From Antedon mediterranea (Eukaryota; Animalia; Echinodermata), in NCBI RefSeq assembly GCF_964355755.1, contig NC_092677.1, positions 22,307,175-22,371,174 on the forward strand: DNA of 64,000 bases, written 5' to 3'. Positions within the stretch are counted from its first letter, which is position 1, and each line of letters starts with the position of its first letter. The notes beneath the pieces were generated by a model that saw only the letters and a program-made list of their open reading frames with translations, was not told the DNA's origin and ran no database searches. A program made the position numbers and the translations under genes. Shown piece after piece: positions 52,154 to 64,000 of this stretch.

Positions 52154-52649
52154 TAAACTTTGCTTCAACAATCATGTTTGTACATTACATAATTTGTATG
52201 TTTTCGTTGTTCAATTTAGTGGTGAAATAATAAAGATAAGAAAATGGGTCATTGGATCAATCTATCTTCAGAAACACTACTTTAATGATCTAAACCTTGT
52301 ATTACAATATAATGATATATTATAATATAAATACATAAATATAAAAATACAATATATTACAATCAAAAACAATTCAAATTGTAAATTAATGTTCAAACTG
52401 TTTTACAATAGTTTAATGAAAAGCTATTTATTTGTTGTAAAATTACAAATTTATGAGGTGTCCACAATTGTATTTTTCAAAGGTTTAATTTAACTGAAAT
52501 TGTCTATATAAAATATCGGTTACCATAAAAAAAAATACAACAAAACAGAAAATACCTTCACCTGAAGTATTAAACAAACTATAGTATAATAAGTAATTGC
52601 CATGTTAAATGAACATTATGATAATTATTTTAATGATTTAACGATAATT

Positions 52650-52760
52650 CTATACTATAGGATCAGCATATGCACAGGAATTTTCCACACCAAGATTGTA
52701 GTGGTCTCCAGAGCCACCCTTGTATGCACTGGTTACAAGACGAACCCAACCATTTTCAGC
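52650..52760 (-). CDS. CTSZ: CTSZ last exon
   Basis: [36 protein letters not shown]. Confidence 0.95.
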   Translation of the reverse strand, partial: AENGWVRLVTSAYKGGSGDHYNLGVENSCAYADPIV

Positions 52761-55700
52761 CTAAAATAAAGAATATCAAGACAGTTACTAACATGTTTTA
52801 CTATTATTTAATGATATGTTGTCGGCCGGGAATGGCAGAGAGTCATAGGGATCATTTCTGGATTTGACTTGCCCATTGTGGGGTGACATGGGTGCTGTTG
52901 GATTAGGCGTTGTGTTTGGGTATTCGGTAGGTGGTTTCCTGGAATTTCATGTGTGATTTACGCAAGAAATCTCAAGGGGTGGATTGTTTTGGGATATGTG
53001 GATTCCTGTAGTCGTTGCTTGGGCAGGTTGACTTCGGAATGAGTTTGTGTGACGTTTGGCCGTTCTGTGCGGGGCAATGTATCTTAGTTCGATAAGTATC
53101 TTGTTTGATATGATCATATTTTTGTGTATTTTGTACTTTGGTGTTCCTTGAGCACAGGAATTCGTGGAAATGAAATTTTTTTTAAATGCTGAAAAAACTA
53201 GTTGAAAGATAAACATTTCTAGATTAAAGATTAAATTACTACATTTACCATCTAGCTGCCTTTAAAATTCATAAAGAAAACATTATGTGTGTAAATTAAA
53301 AAGGAATTGTAAATTTATGGTTTTCCTCTACACACAGTTTGATGTTCAGAATGTGACCTACATACAGAAAAAGGAAAAATGATATTGCACAAATTATTTG
53401 ATGTAAAAGAAATTTCTGAATGTTATGTTGAAAAGTTAAAGAGAAATTCCAATACAATTAATTGTTTTTTTTTGTTTTAAATATTTAAAAGATGGACAAG
53501 ATTGTAAATATAAAAAGGTGGGTGTCCCTCCGCAAAATACATATTATAAAAAATCTCAACGACCATGTTTCGTAAGTTGTTACGTAATGTCAAACCTCTT
53601 TTGTTGGGTACCGCAATGGTCGTTGGAGCTTTAATTAGTTACACGTGTATTCCTAGAACATAATTTATTTCGTAATTCACGGTTAGCTCAGTTAGTAAAA
53701 CATGAGGTCATTGATATCAATGCTCAGTACAGTCGAGTTTGAATCCGCAAAATAAGGTATTTTTAATTATTCAAGCAAGTTACGTGGCGCGGCATGTGAA
53801 ACGTAGTCTTGTCGACTAATATTTGCGAGTTCAAGACCCAGTAGATAACTTTTGTTTATTTATCACCAAACGCGAGTGTTGCCACACGCAAATTAAACAG
53901 TAGATATCAAACTCCTCAAGAATTTACTGGATTTTATATGTTTAATGACAGGGTAACGATAATCACACAAAAATTACTCAGTCAATATCATCGTACTCGA
54001 GGAAATATACGATTTACACATACAGTAAATATTTAATAAATGGGTTATTTGCATAAAAATATACATGTTCTACACAATCCTTGAAATGGGCATTTATTCA
54101 ATAACATTTTGAGTTAACATTTTTATACATCCTTATTTAATACTACAACCAATATTCATAGGATGAACACCTAGACAGAAGAAAAAAAAAGAATGACATT
54201 ACTAAAAAGGTTAATATTCATATTATACTTACCCAAGGTTGCCCCCACGAGTTGCGAACTATCCAGTACTCAATATCATTTTCCACACCCCATCCAGCCA
54301 CAGATATAATGTGGTTGATCTATGTAATAAATAACTTTTAATTTTGATAGAGTTCTTTTGTTATTCTACATCTTTACTACTATTATGATTAGTAAAAGTA
54401 TTTTATTATTATAAAATGAAGAAATCCTGATACTATATGACAAAGACACTGGGATTGCTAATCTTGCCAAAAATCAAGACAGTAAATGTGTACTTACATA
54501 ATTAATAAGGTGAAATTCTGTATAAATACTTCCACCTTGAAACTTTTCAAATGCATTGGTTGCCATGACACCACAGCTATTTAATAAAAAAAACTAAACA
54601 TTAAAGTTTTACTTACTTCAACATCTTTGGAATATTCAATATAGATAGCGCCACCTTTGAAAGCTTCTAATGTAGGAGTGGCCATGATTCCACAACTGCA
54701 ATAATAATATCAAGTATAATTTAATCAAATCAATACATACATGAAACAGCAAACATTAAAAGTAGCATGCTTTTAGGCAGGGCATGGGGGTTTACAGTAC
54801 AGTAAACCCCATTAATCTAAGCGATCTACTCCCACCTATCAAAAACTCTCTGACAATCTAGTTAGTTCAAATTTACTTTATTATCGATTGAATATATACA
54901 GCAAAACTATTAATTTAGCAATATTTTATATTCGTCAAGGGATATAGTATGTCTCCAGATCACCGAGGGCTATATTTTTTTACCGTGCCCCGATGAAAGC
55001 CCAGTAAATATTAATTTTGTTCTATATACCATACCACCCAATTTGGCTGGCTAGGCTAGGCCGAAGCAAACACAAACATGGACTTGGTTGGAGTAGGCCT
55101 AGGCCTAGTAAGTGGCACAGTTTTGCTACCAATAAGCAAAAAAAGGCCTGTAATGGATAATTTGTTGCTTCCAGATATGCAATAAATTTTCCCAAATCAT
55201 ACTTTATTTGTTTCTCCATATTTTAACTGGCCGCTACACTTACTAAATCCTCTAAGTCAGCTCATACAAAAGTAAATCATCGTATGCTAAGGGCTAGCTA
55301 CGCAATAGTCGTTTTGTGATCAGATTGCATTTAAAGAAGAAGGTAGAGGAAACAGAAGTTGTTTTTTTTATTGTTTATAATGTAATGTATAAACCTTAAT
55401 TTAAAGAATATACATAAAAATAATTAAAAAAATATTAAGTACAATAATTAGCAATGCAATTAAATTGATACAAGTTTCAATTTTTTATTCCATATTTTAT
55501 ACAACCGGTAAATCAATTTATGCAAGTGCAGTGACTTACAAATCTAGGTGTAATCTAAGTAGTCCAGACTTGCGAGTTCTGAAAATTAAACTTTGTACGC
55601 ACCTAATAGGGCCATTTGCATATATCTCAGCCTTCATCTTGTTTATACCACTGATAGATCCATAGTCACCAACTTTCCAAAGTGTGTAGTTTGATAGGGT

Positions 55701-58700
55701 AAAGCAGTCTCCAAAGGTTGAACACGTACCACATTGATTAAATTTTTCACATTCTGTAGACAAAAATTAAAAAACAAGCAATAAGATGACAGACCCTGAC
55801 CGTTTTTTCCCCTCTGTAGATCGCATTTCTTTCTACACTTGCAGCAGACATTCATTATTATATAACACCTAAATAAATTCCTGTCATTGGATTGGACAAT
55901 TGTGGGTCACATGGCATGCAATAGTACGCACTATTAAATGATCGTTTAACTGTTGTTTCACAATGCTGAATTTCTCTGTTTAAAAACAGTGTTTGGATTG
56001 TACTTTATAAGAAGAAACCATGTTATAATCCTAAGTATGACGTTGAGATGGAATAAGCTGTAAAGTAAGTGGCCTTTTATATTATTTAGGTAAGTCATAC
56101 TACTACAGAAAGCTAGCTTGGCTTAATCCAACTTTAGATTTGTTATTAGTCTTGTAAGCAGCCAACTTTCATTTGACCTTGGACACATTTTTATTTATAT
56201 GTGGATTTTTTGTTAGTTTATCTCTGGCTAGTCAAAACATTTTTTGTAAAATGAATATTGTATACAGAATCGATCCTTTTCATTTATAAAATGACAAAAT
56301 AGATGGTTAAATTAAACCAAAAACCTGGCTGGCTGGGTTCAGTTAAATATAATTTTTTCGATGTGAACAACTATGAATGTGACATTAAAATGGCATATTC
56401 AACAACAAATTTGTTAAGAATTATTTTTACAGGGAGACAATACATGACCTACTTTGGTTTTTGGCTTGGTAATTATTGCAAGTTTCATCAGGGATGCCAT
56501 TTTCGTGTGCATATTTGTAAACTCCAATTTGACCACCACCTTCACAGGTTCCAGCACCTCCACAGTCAATGACATTCTGAACGGAAAGATAAGCACTCGG
56601 CCAAGCCCCTTTACGTTTTATGTTGATACGGTCTGCAGGAAAAATAATGTATTATGTTCACTAATTTAACAAAATACAAACTATATGTGTACAGCCACAT
56701 CAAAACCAGGCACTTGGTGAAATATATATTTTTTTAGTTGATACTATAATGGTATTCCTCACAATATATCCTTCAAAATGGTGTTTGGATCATTTAAATC
56801 AAGCAAATATTCCCAGAGTTATGGCAATAAATGTATATAGCATTTATACAACAATTTATTTGTAATTACTGAGTAATTAACAGTCAAAGTTTAATGACAA
56901 ATCAGACAGGAAGTTGCCCCATGCTGTTGCAGATTGAACAATTAACACCTTAGCAACACTACCTTCTAGATAAACAATCATTCTGAAATTTGGCACACTT
57001 ATTCAATATAGTGTTTTCTGATATTCATGAAAATTTCATCAAAATCCGAGGTGGTTATCATAGTTAATTATGACGATTACAAAGTACCACTAATTTACGT
57101 AAAATCTGTCAAATTCATTTATAATAGTGTAGTGTAAGAATAATACAGTAGGCCTACTAGTAGGTATTCAGGAAGATTGCCTTAGCTTATTATTAGTTCT
57201 AAACAAATTTTAAAAAAACAGCAAACATTTTATTAATGAACTTTATTCAATTTTATTTCTCTTTTTACTTTATTTTATCTGCTTTTTGTTCAAAATGGCG
57301 CAGGGTACACAATGTCCCTCGTTTCTGGTCGGCAAAATTCAATTACCAGTATTTTATTTGTGAGTGATTTGTATTGTACTGGTTTTTAGTGTTAATGTTA
57401 TGTATGTAAGAGAACCTCAACAGTTCTTTTCAGACTTAATATACGTGGTGTACCGCAAACTTTATATCAACATTTGATTTCGCCATGCAAACCTTCAAAA
57501 AATGTTATGTATTCTATTGTTGAACCAGCACCATAACAGATAGCCACACCCGTTAGCTTGAACAATGTTTTTAAGCATGATGAATAATGTGAAATTTAGC
57601 CAAGGTACCAGTATTTTATTTGTGAGGGATTTGTATTGTACTGGATTTTACTGTTGTTAATGTTATGTAATACGTCTATTGTTGAACCAGCACCTGGTCT
57701 GATCATGACAGATAGACACACCTGTTAGCTTGAACAATGTTTTTAAGCATGATGAATAACGTGAAATTTAGCCAAGGTACCAATATTTTATTTGTGAGGG
57801 ATTTGTATTGTACTGGTTTTTACGGTTTATGTTTTGCACACACTCCCCACACACCCAACCCATCATTGGCAATTTTTAAGCATAATGAAATTTAACCAAA
57901 TTGAAATAAATAAAATAGCCCAGCAGTAGGCCTAGTAAGTAAAGTAAAGCCTTCCAGGAGGCTTATTATTCTATAGAGAGGAAAACTCTATCTTATTTTA
58001 ATTGGGCTAGGCCTTGTTGTTGTTATTACTATTATTATTACTAGCTAGCTAGGCCTACTATGCCATGCAGCCTATCTAGGCTAGTAGCCCAGCGTAGTAG
58101 TAGGCCTAGGCGGATCTCCGCCTAGTCTAGGCTTATAGTACTAGGCCTAGGCTAGTAGAGCCAGGTCTAGCCTACTGTACCTAGCTAGGCCTAGGCCTAG
58201 TGCCAGTGGATTGAGAGTTACATTGCTAATATCAACTCTTACGATAAATAACTTAGCTAGGCCCTTTACTTTAGTATGTTATAACTTATTGTTATCAAGT
58301 CTGAGTCAGTACACGTCACTTTAGTATTACTGTGTACAGTACTTAGATGAACTATAAAAAATATATTTTTCTCGACAAGCGTGTACTTTACTAGCGATAA
58401 GATTTTGTTGACCTGGAATTTTCCATGCTGGATGGGTCATGTGACAAAATTAAACCAATCACATCGCTTCTTTCAGCGTGTTCGTAGCAACAAGGCCGTT
58501 TTTGTTTACACTAAAGGGTTCTATAAAATCGGTTTTTATTGGTCTATATCGTACAATCTGTGACATCACTCATTTATTTTTAGATTCATGAACAAAATAC
58601 CTATCGAATGATACCAAGCTTTCAGGGGTTATCTACAAAATTACGGCGTAGGAATGACGAAAATAACTGCTTTTTTATAACGAATTACCACGTTCTTTCA

Positions 58701-61700
58701 ATCGAAACACGAGGATAGAGGCTCAGATTTATGTAATTTTTACCACCTTTCCATTTGAATTAGTTAATAAGATATATATTTTTGAAATCTACGGTAAATT
58801 TCCTATCAGATAATGGTAAAAAAACAAAATGGTCAAAATATGAGTTTCACACATTCAAATGCATTTTACACAAATCCCTATCTAGCGACAAGCGCCTGGT
58901 TTTGATGTGGCTGTACACATATATTTATAATAAATTACATAACCTAATATAACAACATTGTAGAAAAGAAGGCATAGACATTCCAGATACGCAACACAAT
59001 ATAGATATACAATGAAAAGAATTCTGCATAGTAATATTATTCAAATTAGATGAAGTATTATAAAGTTAACATTGTTTTACCTGCTAATGCACTGGTTGTA
59101 CCCATACCCCAACATGATCCACAGTATTGTGGTATGTGTTGATTACGTGTTGTACTGCAGTAGTTGGTTCCATTCACGTTTCTCCAATCCCATTCTGTTG
59201 GCAGTGAATCTGACTTCAAGTACTCATGTGGACGAAAGTGTGTCCTGATCAAAAAAACATCAAAATCAATTAAAAAATTGATTTTTTGTCAAGATTTCAA
59301 TTTATTTTTCCAAATTGCATTTGATAAGATAGATAGTTAAAATAATGCACAAAATGGAGGGAAAAACAAAAAGAGCAATGCTTGGTTTTATGGCTAACCT
59401 TAAAAAAAGAACTAGAATTTAATTCGGCACTTTGACGAATTATAGGTGATCATTTTTATAATTTTATTGACATTAATATTTTTTAAACATGCACGTACTG
59501 TATGTTAACATATTATCGGAAAATGTTGATGTATGCCATCCTATTATATGCTATAGTGCTGAGTTGTGCCTATTTATTATATGCTATATACAATATGTAC
59601 AGACTGTATATCTATATACAGTGTGGCATTGGTGAAATTACGGGACACACTCATTTTTTTGGTATGATGAAATTATCAACTTGAAGATGACAATATAGAA
59701 AGATAATGAATTGAGCAAATAAATATAAGAATTGGAGGAAAATTTAGCACATAGAAGCGCGCCGCTCGTTTAAATTTGTATAACTTTTACTAAAGAAATG
59801 AAAAAACTACTTTTTAACTTTAACTGGCCATATGATAATGTCACAACATCTGATAGGCACAATTTTAATAAGAATTCATATCCATAGTTCATCAGCTTTC
59901 ATAATAAGTTATTAAAATCAAGGTCACCTTTAATTCTGAAGAGCTGTGAGATATTTAAATATACGCTGGAAGTTGAAATTACACGATATACGTTATTCAA
60001 GTTTTTACTCGTGATAACGTCATCAATTAAACGCCGACAACTCATGAGAAAGATAATTAATTTAACAAGCACATACTGAAATTTTAGAAAAAATCGGCCT
60101 CAAATAACAGAGATGCGCGTTGAATGTTATAACCTACAAAAAAAGATAAAAATTCCTAATTTTTTAATTCAAGTGGCCATTTGATGACGTCACAACATTT
60201 TTATGTCAAATGTTCGAAGTCGGAATGGACTCAAATTCGGTGAATGTACTAAGGATTGCGAGTAGAATGCGATTTATATAAAAACATTCGTATTTTTACG
60301 CTTTTTAAGTATGCCTGTTTTTGCGCAGTAATTTTGTGAAACACACAAATGGCCTAATTCATGCTCTAAATTGATCAAAACTTAATTTTGAGTTTTTAAA
60401 ATTGTTAGCGCGTAATTTCATGCACATGACCTTGGAACGCATCATAGGTTTTTATTTGCTAATATTTTTACCCTTGACGTAAAGTTTACGTATAGTGAAT
60501 TTTATTGATATTGTTATAAAGAGTTATGGCGATATCATTGATAGTTGTGATTTCACAAAATCGCGTATTAATGATTGAGGTTCATACTGAAAAGCTTTTA
60601 ATGATTTATTAAGTTAAAGGGTGTCTAGAAAACTCAGATCTCAGATATATCCGAGTTTTCTAGATCTAGAAAACTCAGATCTGAGTTTTCTAGATCTGGA
60701 AAACTCAGATATCAATAAAATATCGCAATAAAAAAATGCCTTTTAAAACAGCTCCTTTTCCGCGAATACTTCGATCGTACTGTTGCCATTTCAGAATCAG
60801 AAAATTGCCAGAAATCAATGTATGTTTTATTCTATGTTTTTATTTGTAAACTGCAGTGTGGTTTTATAAAGAACCTGCTGTACATATCAAAATGGCGACG
60901 ATATGAGTCCGTACATATAACATTTTATTTTTTTTTAAACAATTCACAGTTTTGAAAAACATAAACCATATTTCAATTTTAATATGTAAAACACATATCT
61001 AAAATCGTCATCATAGCAAATATTATTATCTCACTGTATTAAAAAATAGAAAATTATTTGTTTTTGTTTTAGTGAATGTATTGATTAGTGACCGAGATAA
61101 TTTCTTTGATAGGCCCTATTAATATGAATAATAAGAATAATAATGAAATATTAATTTAACACTACCCTCTATAGTTTCTAATATTTTTGGGGAAAATGAA
61201 GCATACATTTTGGCAATTACTGTAATTGTTAAATATAAGATGGCGAACATTTCCAGCGGCATATGACCGGGCTGCCAACAAATTGAGCCGCCGGTAATTT
61301 CTATGAAACGCCCAATTTTACGACATTTTGCGTAGTGATTAGAGTGGTGTCCTAGTACATAAGTTCATGGTCTTTAGGTTTATTGTGTCATGAAAATAAA
61401 TAATATATAATTACATTGGCCTAGGCCTACTACAATTTTTTTGGTTTGAAAAACAACACTACAGCATAGGAAAGTAGTCGTATTTAATAATTTAATTGTT
61501 TTAATCTTTCAAGGTAAAAATGCAGTGCACTCCATAATATTTTTCTCGTGTGTAGGCCTGCCACGTAAAATCATGTTGTCTCCAGGACTAATAAAAAGAG
61601 TATTGATATTCTTTGAATGAAATTAAATAATTATAATTTTTTATTTACTATCTTTTAATATCATATTTTATTAAATTTTACAATGTTAATACACAAAATA

Positions 61701-62946
61701 TTTTACTGAAATACGGTGTTTTTTGGTAATTATTTTATTTTACCAAAAAATAGAGTAGGCCTAGTTCATACAACCAACTGCCGCCGCCTGAGGTGGGCAA
61801 AATGTTTCCGCCATTTTTAGCTAAAAATGAACATTTTCGGTGATGTTTTAGGCCTTATATTTTGGCTACAAACAAGTCAGATTTTTATGATTATTTCTTT
61901 AATTGTAAATAATAAATATATCGCCGTAGCTAAAGATACGGTACCGTATTCTAACTTCTGTTTACTAAAGGTACGGTAAAATTGCATTATGTCATAACCA
62001 GCCAATGGGGTGCCAACGTGTGTGACGTCATCGTATGAGGACTTTGGATTTTTTTCATATCGCGAAAACAGTGATCAATCGCATTGTCTTTATGCTTCAT
62101 TTATCGCTATTATCGCCGTCGTGTACGACAAAAACTAAATGTAGCCTACATCTGTTATTATTATTGAAAAGCCAAAACATGTTGATTTTAATTTTAGAAT
62201 ACAGAAAACCGCTTCAAAAGAGGCCTAGGCCTACTTACTACGTACTATAACCTCATTATGAGTTCGTTTTTGTAGGGAAAGCGATGCCAGGCTGGGGCCA
62301 GCTGCATGTGTGCGCTGATTTCTGTGACTCAGCCCTGGGGCTACTGTCTAAAAATCATAGTATTTGAGGGCCCCTTTATTGTCCGCATTTGCTTGTTGTT
62401 TATGGTCACCATTGTAAACAAAGTTTAATAAAAAATATAGGCCTAAAGGCCATTTGGAATAAAAATAGTAAACAGAAGTTAGAATACGGTACCGTATCTT
62501 TAGCCACAGCGTAAATATATACTAAAAACCGTGATATATAAACTTTTGAATATATAGGCCTACATCGTTATCCCTAATAATAGAAACTATTAGGCCTAAA
62601 TAGAAACGAGAACCGGCGAAAGTTAGCATTTGGCGTTTCATAGAAAATAACGTTTTTCTGACGGTGGCTCAACTTGGCCTAATCCGTGACTCTGTGAAAA
62701 AAGAAATATCGAAAATAACAGTGTGGTCCGAAACTGCAGTAGCGCCGCCTAGCCTAGCTAGCTAGGCCTAGGCCTAGTAATAATAGTAAGACCAGCTGAA
62801 ACTGAGTGAGGTTGGATCACTTACTTTACACCTTCTTCCAACCCAACGTCATACTTAGGATTATAACATGGTTTCTTCTTATCATTAAAGTACAAGCCAA
62901 ACACTGTTGTTGTTAAACAGAGAAATATAATAGTTAATTTTAGCAT
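52650..62946 (-). CDS. CTSZ: Cathepsin Z (cathepsin X), papain-family C1A cysteine carboxypeptidase, 297 aa
   Basis: Exons 62946-62825, 59244-59081, 56632-56453, 55753-55603, 54695-54617 (or 54576-54498), 54319-54233, 52760-52650; 894 nt in frame. Signal peptide [17 protein letters not shown], short propeptide with [11 protein letters not shown], the CTSZ-specific HIP mini-loop in [13 protein letters not shown], catalytic His in [11 protein letters not shown], Asn in [10 protein letters not shown]-terminus [16 protein letters not shown]. Confidence 0.96.
54233..54319 (-). CDS. CTSZ: CTSZ exon 6 (catalytic His and Asn)
   Basis: [29 protein letters not shown]. Confidence 0.96.
54498..54576 (-). 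CDS. CTSZ: CTSZ exon 5b, paralogous alternative (likely mutually exclusive) exon
   Basis: 79 nt, AAATAG acceptor and GTAAGT donor, same phases as 5a. (S)[26 protein letters not shown] with no stop codon. Confidence 0.85.
54617..54695 (-). CDS. CTSZ: CTSZ exon 5a
   Basis: 79 nt, TTGCAG acceptor and GTAAGT donor. (S)[26 protein letters not shown]. Confidence 0.92.
55603..55753 (-). CDS. CTSZ: CTSZ exon 4
   Basis: [10 protein letters not shown]...[15 protein letters not shown]...[11 protein letters not shown]. Confidence 0.96.
55950..56071 (+). pseudogene. Degenerate inverted copy of CTSZ exon 1, including its donor site, inside CTSZ intron 3
   Basis: ACAATGCT...TTTCTCTGTTTAA...AACAGTGTTTGG...AAGAAGAAACCATGTTATAATCCTAAGTATGACGTTG...TGTAAAGTAAGTG matches the reverse complement of 62818-62950 with deletions. 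Confidence 0.9.
56453..56632 (-). CDS. CTSZ: CTSZ exon 3
   Basis: [33 protein letters not shown]...[13 protein letters not shown]. Confidence 0.96.
56682..58923. mobile_element. 2.2-kb non-autonomous TIR element in CTSZ intron 2
   Basis: Perfect 29-bp inverted termini TATATGTGTACAGCCACATCAAAACCAGG / CCTGGTTTTGATGTGGCTGTACACATATA. No ORF. Confidence 0.8.
57345..57830 (+). repeat. Three imperfect tandem units of about 170-260 bp
   Basis: TACCARTATTTTATTTGTGAG.GATTTGTATTGTACTGG at about 57345, 57607 and 57778. Confidence 0.8.
59081..59244 (-). CDS. CTSZ: CTSZ exon 2 (catalytic Cys)
   Basis: RPHEYL...[32 protein letters not shown]. Confidence 0.96.
59411..60205 (-). mobile_element. Helentron/HINE-like element related to family C
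   Basis: ACTAG plus hairpin AATTCGGCA-CTT-TGACGAATT. Internal blocks are reverse-complement similar to 5860-6260 and 1100-1500. Confidence 0.55.
60618..60713. repeat. Palindromic subrepeat array (CTAGAAAACTCAGATCTGAGTTTTCTAG), probably a transposon terminus
   Basis: Directly visible alternating inverted units. Confidence 0.65.
62825..62946 (-). CDS. CTSZ: CTSZ coding exon 1 (signal peptide and propeptide)
   Basis: [40 protein letters not shown]. Phase-2 donor GTAAGT matches exon 2. Confidence 0.85.
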
Positions 62947-63378
62947 TGTAAAATAACAACGATACGACGACAGTTCACTAGACTTTTCGGTGGTGCAAAG
63001 AAGATGGAATAAAGGAAGTAAATTAGTAAAAACAAGTTAAATTAAATCATGTGACACAGTCACCTGACCAACACACCAGCTGACATCATAGCCAGGAAAA
63101 GTGATGACTCATAGCAAAGAATATATCATTCTTTGCTCATAGTGAGGTATTTATTATATTCAGAGCGTCATTCTGACGGAGCGCCATTTATGTTTGTTTG
63201 TTTGTTTGTTTCTTTATTTCCATTCACAAAAACATAAACATATAAATAATCATTACAAAACAAAAGAATGGAAAGGGGGAATCTCTGAAACCTTGTTACA
63301 AAACAGTATATAATTTAAATTAGAAATATGAAAAAAGGCACAAGGGCATGCAAACAAAATGTAAGAATGCAAACAATC

Positions 63379-63560
63379 TTTTTACTTGGGGTACCCGAGT
63401 CTAGGACTCGCTCATCTTCTCCTCCTCCTCTTCTTCTTCCATCTGGACACTATTGAACCAACTTGAAAGTCCTACTAGTTCTACGCGTCGTCTGACGGCC
63501 CTGAAACATGGCATGCATATACAGGGACGTATAGGTGAACAAAGCTCAAGAGAGAACATT
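63379..63560 (+). mobile_element. 5' part of a sibling of the 50829 element
   Basis: TTTTTACTTGGGGTACCCGAGTCTAG...(CCT/CTT)n...CCATCTGGACACTATTGA. Confidence 0.65.
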
Positions 63561-64000
63561 TTTGTACAATAGGCCTACTTCAACCGGATGAAAATTATAA
63601 GTGCAATTCTGGGCTCTATTTTCATTGAGCTCTGCCCCAGACATGGTGGGCTAGTAGGCCTACTGCTGGAGACTTAATATTTAATTTCATATTTAATTTC
63701 ATATTTCAATGAATAGGTGCACTTTCCGGGGGGACAAGCTCTATTGTCCTGGTAATTGTCCTGGTGAGTCTTATTCATTCATTCAATCTTTTATTTCGGA
63801 AACTCTGGTCCATAGAAAGTAAATTACATAGGCCTATAGGCCTAAATGAAATAGATAAAATAAACAAAATTACTAATACTCATCTCAGGATGGCATTCCA
63901 TCTGGAGAGCATCTTCGACTTAACTAAGACATTGCTTATAATCGTCACGATTAAAATATTTTTGCTTGCATTAAGTCTACACATCAGGCCATATAGGCCT

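Noticed and set aside
54498-54695. Both CTSZ exon 5 copies included in one mRNA
   Set aside because: An extra 79 nt would shift the frame before the catalytic His, and the 40-nt spacer is far shorter than any other intron in the window.

Overview
AT-rich, intron-containing animal genomic DNA. It is an invertebrate, and an echinoderm-like origin is only an inference from the repeats and composition. There are no prokaryotic systems. Three protein-coding genes were assembled by hand with consistent GT-AG phases: a 14-coding-exon CLPTM1L-family gene (minus strand, 14530->2194, 530 aa), a two-exon Scratch SNAG/C2H2 transcription factor (plus strand, 23402-26287, 292 aa) and a cathepsin Z/X gene (minus strand, 62946->52650, 297 aa). 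The most notable observation is a tandem pair of diverged 79-nt cathepsin Z exons separated by only 40 nt, which looks like mutually exclusive splicing of the segment just before the catalytic His. Other observations: four exact CCAACAGGTG Scratch-type sites around the Scratch gene; copies of the first coding exon inside later introns of both flanking genes (direct in CLPTM1L, inverted in cathepsin Z); a P-element-like MITE plus a 21-bp excision-footprint-like remnant of it; TA-NNN-TA insertions shown by comparing repeat copies; and nested Helentron/HINE-like elements, one carrying two tRNA-Val-like copies. Most entries in the ORF track are spurious.
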